A stretch of 63,022 nt of DNA, counting the filler, from Octopus bimaculoides (lineage: Eukaryota): assembly GCF_001194135.2 (NCBI RefSeq). It is 5 parts of 5 records of this genome, joined end to end, with 100 filler letters (N's around TTAATTAATTAA, not from the genome) between each part and the next. Parts side by side here need not be neighbours in the genome. Positions count along the whole stretch, not along the records: positions 47,354 to 59,247 come from NC_068990.1; positions 59,348 to 63,022 come from NW_026342171.1; 3 more parts are not named here. One strand, written 5' to 3'. The first letter of the stretch is position 1. Every line of letters begins with the position of its first letter. Made by a program: the position numbers and the translations under genes. Below are positions 51,841 through 63,022 of the stretch, one piece after another. The notes beneath the pieces are model-generated. The model was not told where the DNA came from. It worked only from the letters and a program-made list of their open reading frames with translations, and did no database searches.

Positions 51841-53918
51841 TGAATTTCGATAGGATCATATACAACTAGATTAAATATCCTAACATTTACCCCCTAACGT
51901 ATCAGTTATAATAAATATTTTCTCAGTCACTCGTAGTTATCAACAACGTTTCATTTTCTTCTCTGTTTAGTTTTAGTCTTGCTTGAGATGCTTTTAAGTT
52001 ATGTTGCTGTTATTGTTCGGCATGATGTAGTCGCCATTGACGCTGATACCCGCACCCTTTTCTCCTTAACTGCGTCTCTGACAGTGGTATATGTGGCAGT
52101 AAGAGTATTGCTGAGTCTAATACGAGGGACATCGTCTTGTATAAAATACAGAAATAACGTTCTGATCTTTTTATGTCTAACTGCAGAGTTTCCAACAATT
52201 GTTTTTCTGACGCCTGACGAAGCAGACCAAGACGACATTTTATCTTCACCATTTGTGTTTATTGTTTGATTTTGTAGTTTCTGATTTCGTTAATTCTGTT
52301 GCTGTTTAGGTGAAGTTGTGTTGGTGACACTCGTTCGTTCGAATTATGTTGTGTGTCTGTGTGAGTGTGTATGCTTGGTTGTATTCGTACGTGGTTGGCA
52401 AACTCTGTGCGGTCCTTTTGAGCTGTTCTTATGCTTCCAGCTTGTTAACTTGTTCATATACTACATGTCACTTTAACTTCCACAATGACATATTGAACTC
52501 GTTTGCTTTGACCCCGTCGCAGAATATTTCAGATATCTTTAGTGTCAACTTTTCTGTTTGCTTTTTGTATTTCCAGCCATACTCATTTTAAATGATCGGC
52601 TACTGAAATTGACATCATATTTACAGTTTTTTAACCTGCATTTGTTTTTTTTTTCTCTCAAGGAGACGGGCTTCACGAATGTTTGGAACAAAGTGATTTT
52701 AAATCCCTAATGGTCGTGACCGATTTATGCAACAAAGTCAAATACATGCTAAATTTGAAAATAATAAAACTCGAAGCAGGCAAGCAAATGAGCAATATAT
52801 ATTTTTTTAAAGATACAATTCATAGAAAATTATTTCATGGCTGGACAGGAAAAAATAGTGATAATATAGTGAAAAAATAGTGAAAATATCTGAGTTACCT
52901 AGAGAAGAAGCAACTGAATAAAGTTGAGAATATTATTTAAATATAAACAACGAAATCATACATCACCGTACAGAAGAATCTTACTATTCACAAGCACAAT
53001 TCATGTAATACATTCTCCACATACATAATATACTGTCACTAAAAAATAAAATAGTGCAACTGATGTATCTCCGCTCATAATCCTCAACAAACAACATAAT
53101 CCTTGCACACGTGCCTCACTTTACAAAGCACCACCCGATAATATACCAGAATGTATTCTCTTAAGATAATAGAAATATCATACTATGGTAGAAGCAACTC
53201 ACACAATCACACATTTTATTTTGTTGCTCACCTATAATTTCACACAGCCGCAGTAGCGCGTGACGTTTAGCCATCTTTCACCAGTGTGTACAACCTGATA
53301 ACTTGTACTATTCATTCGCTAGTTGTTTTAGGTAACTAAACACAGACATTCTTCTAGCCTCTCTCGCAAACAAAAGTAAATAAAGCAATCTCGTATATAA
53401 CAACTGAAGGAAAACAGTGCTGCGTCAGTAGTCGGCGGATATTCGTTTTCAAATATTCTGTGATAGGATCAATGTGAATTAATTGCCTTGGCCAAGAATC
53501 CAACGTGTCACCCAATCTAAGTAGGAAACGAAACCACGACTCCACAGTCGAAGTCTCTCAGCCTCACTACTAGGTCACAGGTCTTTTCATCACATGCAAC
53601 ATAATTACCATCCGTCATTAAATCAACACAGGCCATACTTACCAAAATTAGCATCCAATAAAAATATGAAAGAAAATAGGCTCCACAAAAATCACAACAC
53701 AGCAAAAAAGCGCAACGCACATTGTACGTGTTACGTATACACAACAGGCACAACATAAAAGGAATAAGAGAAACAAGAAGATAAAATTCTATAAAAATTA
53801 ATGACTGTTATACTACACTGTTTCTAACAACGATTCACAGACCGCAGAAACCTGAAGACGCAGACATTCGTGAGCAAACGTTTTTTTGAAACTGTGGATA
53901 ATAATAATGCTTTCCATT

Positions 53919-54035
53919 ATTGGTACAAGACCAGTAATTTTGAGGGGAACGGTTTAGTCAATTATATTGACCCAATACTAAACTGGCGCATTATTTTATC
54001 GACGCCAAACAGATAAAAGGCGAGGTTGACATCGA
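53919..54035 (-). mobile_element. SINE family 1, 3' part
   Basis: ATTGGTACAAGACCAGTAATTTTGAGGGG...TTATTTTATCGAC...AAAAGGCGAGGTTGAC is the reverse complement of the family tail and core. Confidence 0.65.
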
Positions 54036-56157
54036 TAATGTGACAAGCTAGTAGAATCATTTGCGCCTTGGCAAAAAAGATTTGTGGCAATTCTTCCATC
54101 CCCGAGTTCTTGTTTCCTTCTATTTGAACTCATTTGAACTCGTAACAACAACAATAATCATAATAACAATAATGATATCTGTTATTATAATTATTATTAT
54201 TATTATTATTCTCACCATCATCATAATTTTTCTTACCATCACCATCATCATTATTATTATTATATGGAAGAAGATCATGAATAAAGACAAAAAGAAGACG
54301 AAGAACAAAAACACAAAGGGACTATGTAACAAGAATACTTGAAGGAGTGGATTTATTAACAGTATAATCAGTGACTGACTGTTAATGAATTCCACTACTT
54401 TTGGTCTCCAGAATTGTTTAACAAAAATGGCAAACTACACGTCACATAAAAATTTTAACATGTACATGCATAATGAACTCAACAAAGTTTAATAATATTT
54501 CAGAAGCAGTAAACAACAGAAAAAACATATTTTAGAATTCAACATGAAACGAAAGCTAAAAGAGGAAGTCACATAAACAATAAGACAGAAATGAAAGCGA
54601 TATATCTTACCAAAAAGCACATGTATTATGCTATATTAGATCTACGAATGCTTCTTTTATTATATATGTTATTCGACAGAAATACTTGAATACTTCATAG
54701 AATGTTCAATAAGTCAAACGAATATGGTGAAACTAAACAGACACAAGAATCGAAATAGAAACAGTTGGAATATATATGATAGAAATATGTCACTTTCAAA
54801 TAGAAGGAAACAAGAATCACAATATAGCCACACAAAGAAAAGGACAATGTAAAAGTAGAAATTATGTAATATATGGACACACGAAACGACTTTTCTATTA
54901 AAAGAAACCCGAATTTGAAATCCCTTGCAATCAATTGTGTGTACGTAGCAGAAGTGCCTCACATTCAAAAATAATATTCGTCGTAGAAAAGTTTCACTAG
55001 CATCATGATATTTTGCTAAGCCTATTTTGAGAGAGGTGACTGAAATGGAGGAAGTTATAGAAACCTCACAAATTCTGGCAACATAATAGTGTCTGCTAAG
55101 CAAACATACAAATATCAGACTGTGTTATGAAACAGCAAAACTTATAGCATCTACCATTTGAAAGACAGAATACCGCAAACCAATATACAGATAGGCTGTC
55201 AACCTATTAATAGATGATGTATGAGTATCTCTACTCTAATAGAGTTTGCACACTCCCGAAGAAAACGAAAATCGTATCCTATAACTAGAATTGACGTCAC
55301 GGAACAACTGTCTCAATTTGCATTGTAAACAATACTAATCTGGATATACAATATTCAAGGGGAAATAAACTATGTTTATCGATTACTTGTTATTTGAGGA
55401 AAGAGGTCGAACTTTGGTTGATCTTGAAACTGGTAGCTTTGAGTGACCTCTTACTACACAATGAGCATTGCATGACGTCCAACTTTTTCCCGTTTCCGGA
55501 AAGCATCCAAAAGGTGGCGGTTTATGTCAAACAACAAAGAAGTGCCCAGGGGGTACATTTAGTACGTTTTTTATGAATATAGACTAAGACACTCTCGATG
55601 TGGTTTGTCGCTGTTGTAAAAATAACAGGCAACTCTCCCTCAAATTACTACCCGTATTCATAACAATAGCCATTTTGGGGAATGCAATTGTAGGTGTTTG
55701 ATAAAATGGTTTTGTCATGTTCAATCAGAGCTGATTTTGGGCTAGAAAATAATAACAATGCAATGGGTTGATCTGGAAGAATGGCTGGATACACCTGCTG
55801 AATGTATCGTGTATTGGAATACATTTCAGATTTATATGAATACAAAGGAACTACATTGTTGTAGAGATTGTCCGAGTAAATCTCGCGCAGGATACGAAAA
55901 TCTACACAAATGAGAAACATGAATGACAATAGTAAACTTTCATCGTTGTTTCATCTATCATTATTATTATTCAATTCGTTAGCCATTTAAGCAATCGACT
56001 GCTTCATAAATCCTTCGATCACTCTGTTAACCAGCTAGGTTTGTCTTTTAGTTGTCAATCGTGACCTCATTTACAAGCCTTCTATACTCCAGATCTGTTC
56101 CGGTTTACAGATTCTATGTTTATACGCGGAGAAGATGAATGAGATGTCTATAACAGA

Positions 56158-56300
56158 AGAGAGAGAGAGAGAGAGGGAGATACAGAGAGAGAGGGAGATA
56201 CAGAGAGAGAGGGAGATACAGAGAGAGAGGGAGATACAGAGAGAGAGAGGGAGATACACAGAGAGAGGGAGATACACAGAGAGAGGGAGAGAGACGAGAG
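56158..56300. repeat. 18-bp GA-rich minisatellite (GAGAGAGAGGGAGATACA, about 6 copies)
   Basis: Directly visible; source of the EREIQR ORF. Confidence 0.9.
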
Positions 56301-57619
56301 AGAGAGAGACAGACAGACTGACAGGGAGTGGTAAAATATTCAGGACTCAATATCAAGATATATCTTCGACATATAAGAAGATTTTAATGTAAAATCCTAC
56401 ATACTTACATTCGTACATACTTACATTTCTGAAAGAGTGGATTTAGTGCAGTCTTTGCTAAAAGTCGGCAAAATGAGAACCTGTGGGGTTGTCTGAAAGA
56501 AGTGAGATGAACTGGTCACATTAATCTAGATGGAGATGTCACAGGCCTGTCAAGATAGTTCACTACAGAAGATGTCAAGATAGAGGTAAACGAGGAAACA
56601 GGGTAAGGTAACTGAGTTTGAGAGGTAGTGGTGGGAACGAATTCCTAAATCGAACGGCCTTAATTCAGATCCGATGTAACGAATTTATTATTAGTCTCTA
56701 GACTCAGGTCGGTCTTGATCAAGGAGGCCTATGATGAAATGTTTCCAAACTGTGGTTGTCACTCATTTTTCTTTCCTATAAAATATATTGAGTTATACTT
56801 TATTTGAAACATTCGTTTCTATGACTAGGACACTTTTTGAGAATAATTTCAAGGATGTTTCCAAGCGGTCGAAAGACAACAGAGAAGTTATTTTCTTTGT
56901 TTGGCTCCAGCATGATGGTGCTGCGGAGACCATACTCTCACAAATTATGCCAGACCAGTATTTCCACAAACCTGAACATCATAAGCAACTGCACCATCTC
57001 TTTTACGTTACAATAAATAACTATTACTTATAAATCTGTACGAAACCTGCAGTTATACAAAAGAATCATAAGTAAATACATAAATATTCTATGTTTGAAT
57101 TTGTTTCTGGCAGTTGTATAAACTGCTATATTGCAATAGAAAGTGCACATGGATATTGTAGATTAGCATTACTTTCTTGCGTTTCTTTGAAGAATTAACA
57201 AGCAATCTTTACTCATCTGCTTTGCATGGCGTTCCAAATTGTTGAATTATATTTTCAATACTTTTCCAGTAAATGAGATTCCTTTGAAAATAAATCTATA
57301 TGTTCTATTTGTCAATAACTGTATCATGCAAATACTTTTTTTTGTTTGCTTTGTCTTTGAGAGGGGGGAGTTATGACTTTCACACAGATGCTATGACTTG
57401 TAGATACATAGAGTTTATTATTCGGGCAGATAACATTATACAGATAACCATCTGCCCTTTTCAAATCATATTTTAATATTTAAAGGTTTTGGTATACTAA
57501 ATCTTCATACTATATCTAATATTCATAATATCGTTCGAAATAATATATTTTATGTCATTCCTTTTCCGTAGACAAAGAAGAAAAAGAGAGTAAGCTGCAA
57601 AGCTAGAAAAGTAGATCAT

Positions 57620-58260
<641 letters not shown>

Positions 58261-58599
58261 TTACGCATTTGTGAGGTCAAAGTTCGCACAATGAAATTTT
58301 GCAAACCAATTTGATACAGTCTACTGTGTAATAAACATTACAATGAAATACTCCATTAATATTCCGAGCACCCTGTGATGCAGTATTTCCAAGAAAGAAC
58401 TCATACTTCAAAACAGTACGAGTTTCACACTTATCCTTCTATAAAAAAATAGCAAAAAACAATTTATAAATTACTTATAAGGAGCAAAATGAGTTAGAAT
58501 AAAGAAATATCTGCGTCAGCTTCCTAACAATAAATAAGGATTGTCAATATATAATAATGGCGCAAAATGAGCAGCTGTCAAAGTTTACCATATACCTTA

Positions 58600-59110
58600 C
58601 TACAAATTTCATACTTGATGACCTACTATATATTTAATATATATATATATATATAATATCCAATAAACAACTCCCTTTCCTTGACATCCTAATTAAAATA
58701 GTCAATAACCACATCGAAACAGACATCATCTATAAACTTACAATCTCTTTAATAACTCACAATAATGACTTCTATTACCTTTATTCCTACCTCAGTTCAT
58801 CTAATTGTATATATCTATCGTTACTTTCCATAAAAAGCCTTTATATTTTTTGATTTCCAATGTGCATTTTCGCTTATTTTTCTTCTTACTTTCGCCATAC
58901 ATTTTCACGGGTAGTTTCTATTTTGTTTTTGTAACATATTTCTATTATATATATATATAACAACAAGATGTTCATTTTATTTCATTTGATGGCATTTATA
59001 GAACTTCGTTTAATGGATTAATTTTTATAATGAACATTTGCGTACATATATTCATACGGATATGATAAGAAATTCGGAAATAACGTCTGATTAAAAATAC
59101 ATTCGAAACC
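58600..59110 (+). mobile_element. Degenerate Penelope-like element (RT fragment and possible pLTR remnant)
   Basis: 58671-58742 reads LPFLDILIKIVNNHIETDIIYKLT, matching the PLE RT motif LPFLD.....T..Y.KPT; a decayed CTGATTA...TTCGAAAC lies downstream at 59087-59110. Confidence 0.65.
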
Positions 59111-59347
59111 TAGGGAATAATTCCCTTAGCGGAAGAAGTAAATTTTCATGCGGATAAATATTATATATGTGTGTGTGTGTGTGTATGTGTGTGCGTGTGT
59201 GAGTGTGTATATGTATATATGCATATGTAAATTTGTATATATATATANNNNNNNNNNNNNNNNNNNNNNNNNNNNNNNNNNNNNNNNNNNNTTAATTAAT
59301 TAANNNNNNNNNNNNNNNNNNNNNNNNNNNNNNNNNNNNNNNNNNNN

Positions 59348-59391
<44 letters not shown>

Positions 59392-60011
59392 ACAATGACA
59401 GAAATAGTTCATATTACTAATAGGTTTCAAATTCCTCATAATGCTCTCGAAGTGGTTGAATGGTTAAGATCATCATAATGCGATTTGGTTGATTTCTGTG
59501 GCCTGCCACATTCTCTCTCTCGCTCACATCCACACACGCATTGTAAATGGAGAAACCTTGATAACAAATGTGCATCCATCCATATGAATGGGGTCACCGC
59601 GTATTTCAGCTATTTTGTAATCATGTGGCAGAATATAGTATAGCATTCGATCTGGCTGCAGCAGCAGACACAGACTGTGAATTTCGTCAACCAACTTAGA
59701 AGACCACCACAAATGATACAACTAACATGACCGCCATATTCGTGTCCCAACAGTCCTGCTGTTGAATATAAGATTTGTTGCAGCATAGTGTAAAATGCCT
59801 ATCTGAAAAGAACTAATATAAAATCCCCATTTAGCAATGTGCAATCAAGGAACATTTATGGTACTTACAGGAAGACACCAAGCAACAAATAATGGGGATA
59901 CAGAAAACGAAAGTACGTCGTCTTACTGAAAAGAAAAACAGTTTAGATATCACATCACAAATTCCGTTGTCATAATAAAACACGGTTTGTGACACACTAA
60001 TTATAAATAAT

Positions 60012-60048
<37 letters not shown>

Positions 60049-60189
60049 CACATGTAACCAGTCATTTTTCCTATATATTTATGCCTGGATACATNNNNNN
60101 NNNNTGTATTCATATATGCATACCTATATATATGTGTGTATACGTTTATATGCATATATATATATATATATATACACGTATATATTTTT

Positions 60190-61945
60190 ACTGGATGCCT
60201 TGAAAACATAATGGACCATTTGAAGGACGCCTGAATTGATCATAGAAGAGCATTTTATTGATATAAAAATCTCTGACGACTTCAACCTCACTGAAATAGC
60301 CCGCGGGCCACATCTCAGTAGATGAATGAACAGCAGAAGAGTGTTTGACCTCATTAACTTACTGTTCATGGTTCTAACAATATTTTACCCCACTAGAGAC
60401 GTCTACACTTAAGGTCTTTGCTTCTCAAATAACACAAATCTTACCTATCATGTGAAGGAGTGTAACTTACGTATTCTTCTGATTATAACCTGGTTGAATT
60501 AAAAATGTGCGGTACAAAACTGACTATAGAAATGCATTTTCCATGGTGCTCTCTGACTCTTTCTCTCCAGCTTACACATTTACGAGGTTCAGTAGAAATT
60601 ATTTCAGAAAGAAACAATATCTACAGGAAATGCTTCGAAAATCTCTTTATAAAGGTTAATGATATGAAATTGAAAGAATTTCAAGTAAATGCAAACAAGT
60701 GATATGCATTAAATTTTTCTCCCAAGAGAAAAACTAACGTTGCACAAAAATATAATTTTCAACGACAGAAAAAACAATGGTGAAACAAAGAAATATCTCA
60801 AATAATTCAAATGAATAAATATCGAACATTTATTTAAAACGAAAACTCTCAGCTATAAGAAATATGACCGAAACGGTCTTCTGCAATTTTCCAATTAAAA
60901 AGAGAGAGCTTAAAATGAAACCATTGTTGTAGAAAGTATTTTTTGTTTTCCTTTTTTCTTCTTCTTGTAGTTTTGTTATAAATAAGTTTCAGTGCGTAAC
61001 AAAACGGAGTCGTTGTTCAAAAGACATCATTCATTGACTGCAGATAACAAAACGGAAGTGAAATACTGACTGAACTATTCAAAGTTTTCCAATATCCCGT
61101 TGCAATGTATGCAAATACGTTATCCAGATAAATTCTTCAACACCACAGTTTTGCATAGAAATTTGGAAGCCATATTTAACATCGTTATTATGGAGAAAGA
61201 GGCAATTTTATCAACCATAGATGAATCTATGAGACTATGCTTTACAACAGGCCTTCACCAATTCTCGAAAATTCTCTTAAAAACATGCAAAAAAGATCTA
61301 GAAAAGCCACTTGTGATTGTTCACAAAAGCTTCCATGAAAATGAATAACATTCCAAGAACTTGAAAGACGGAATATATCCAATACATAACAGAAACAGTG
61401 AAGCGGAATGAATTATCAGAGGGAAACGATTTGCTGACTGAAACTCATCCTGGTTTCTGTTCGGTAGAAGCAGTAGCAACCTCACCTAGCTACAGTACTA
61501 CGACTGGACATTGAAACAGCTACTCAGTCATTCAAATAATAATGTGATACATCTCAGCTTTGCAAAGGACTTCGGCAAAGTTGAACAAAGAATATGTCAC
61601 ATACTGCGTGTTTTCATAATAGCTGGAAAACAAAGGGAATAGCTGCATGATTCCAAGTAGCAGAAGTTAATCTTTTGCAGCTAACGGTGTTCTCTCAAGG
61701 GATACAAGAATTCTAAGTTCCCTTAGGGAACTGTCTTTGAGCCATGATACTTTGTACTTGCTATTTCAAACATGTTCTCCCTTATACAAAGAGACACTCT
61801 CTGTGTATAGTAAATACCAAACACATACAAGAGTTCCACACTGAGGTCAAAAAGAACTCCAGGATAACACTATAATAATTAAATGGATTGAGAAAAAACA
61901 CCGAGCAATTTCTTGATGAAAATAATAAACATTTTATATCAGATC
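60190..61945 (+). mobile_element. Degenerate CR1/L2-group LINE ORF2 (APE endonuclease and RT)
   Basis: ISDDFNLTEI, PTR and SDYNLVEL (APE: GDFN, PTR, SDH); ILLKTCKKDLEKPL, LSFAKDFGKVEQ (LDFAKAFDKVDH) and P*GTVFEP (PQGTVLGP); many stops and frameshifts. Confidence 0.8.
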
Positions 61946-62054
61946 TCTAACACATTGCAAGTAAGATTGTAGCGGAAGAGGTTACAATCCCATGATAAGA
62001 ATCAGGGCGTGATCTGAGACTCAAGGTGAGTAACATGTACGTTATTTCGTATGT

Positions 62055-62346
62055 GAAGGCTCGTGGTTTGGTGGTTAGGGTATTCGGCTTGGGATCATAA
62101 GTTCGTGAGTACGATTCCCACTGGTGCGTTCTGTCTTTGAGCAAAACATTTTATTTTCCCGTTGCTCTAGTCCGAAATGAGTTCTAACTATTTCAAAGGG
62201 CCAGCCTTGTCACATTCTGTGTCACGGTGAATCTCCCTGAGATCTACGCTCAGAGTACGCATGTCTGTGAAGTGCTAATTTCACGAGCAGGCTGTTCCAT
62301 TGATCGGATCAATTGGAACCCTCGCCGTCGCAACCAACGGAGTGCC
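62055..62346 (+). mobile_element. tRNA-derived SINE family 3, near full length
   Basis: GGCTCGTGGTTTGGTGGTTAGGG (box A-like), GTACGATTCCC (box B-like), GTCTTTGAGCAAAACATTTT body as at 38779-38915, and a long 3' tail ending ...CAACCAACGGAGTGCC. Confidence 0.8.
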
Positions 62347-63022
62347 AGTTTTACATTGTTCCGAGCATGTATTACTAAGATGACAAGAACGCGTAGACAA
62401 CGGTTAGAATGGATTCTGAGGACATTTAAAATGAGAGAGCAAGAAGGCTTATTAACACCGAATATTGAAATACTTTAAGCTTCAAATACAAACAGCGTTC
62501 TAGTATCCTACATGAAAAATGCTCCACAAGTTTCGATGTGGTCCCATGCAAATAATGGTTGTAAGACATCAAAATAAAAATCGGATATCTACTGCTAATA
62601 TTCCAGCTAAGCCGACGTCATTGCATGATGCACGTGTGAATGCGGAGGCATCAAACTCAGTCATTAACTGAAGAGAGTCTGTAGCAGCATGGACGGAACA
62701 TTGAATACAATAACGAGATTATATACGTCTGTGGATGGATATGTGCAATGTGTACGTGTGTATATAAGTGCGTGAATGTGAGTATAAGTGCTTATATCAA
62801 CGCGTATTAGTGCGTATGAGCCTTGTGCGTGCGCTTATTTACCCCAAGTCATGAGGACTTGTTATATTGCTAATAAAATAAGAATATATAATTTTAAAAA
62901 CATTTTCAATAGACTGAGAAAAATATCACACATGTGACGTTAATAAACGTCTATACGTCAGTTTATTTATACGTAAACCTATTTGTTTATGCATTTCTCT
63001 ATCACTCTTTGTATATATATAT

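Noticed and set aside
53851-53885. CTGAAGA...AAACGTT as a further hammerhead
   Set aside because: No stem II pairing and the GAAA core is broken.
56788-57033. ORF containing WLQHDGA, resembling the Tc1/mariner WFQQDGA motif
   Set aside because: No other transposase motif in frame, and it is on the opposite strand to the genuine mariner relic nearby.

Overview
Eukaryotic, AT-rich, microsatellite-saturated draft-assembly sequence with many N gaps and four artificial 100-bp joins (44N-TTAATTAATTAA-44N). The mix of repeats resembles a coleoid cephalopod, probably Octopus; this is pattern recognition, not a search result. No host protein-coding gene can be supported with confidence, and almost all ORFs in the track are microsatellite or gap artefacts. 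The readable content is decayed mobile DNA: four R4/Dong-like restriction-like-endonuclease (REL) LINE 3' fragments (all minus strand), one Tx1/L1-clade 3' fragment, a CR1-group LINE (endonuclease plus RT), a mariner transposase relic, a Penelope-like (PLE) RT relic and about a dozen tRNA-derived SINE copies. The best leads are: (1) three dispersed, mutually covarying minimal hammerhead-ribozyme-like motifs of PLE type; (2) a roughly 520-540 bp non-coding element present three times, always abutting (TAA)n and co-located with Dong-like LINEs, suggesting a microsatellite-targeting autonomous/non-autonomous pair; (3) a 786-bp foldback palindrome plus other inverted-repeat structures that would form dsRNA if transcribed. 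None of these is proven novel; each needs the checks listed.
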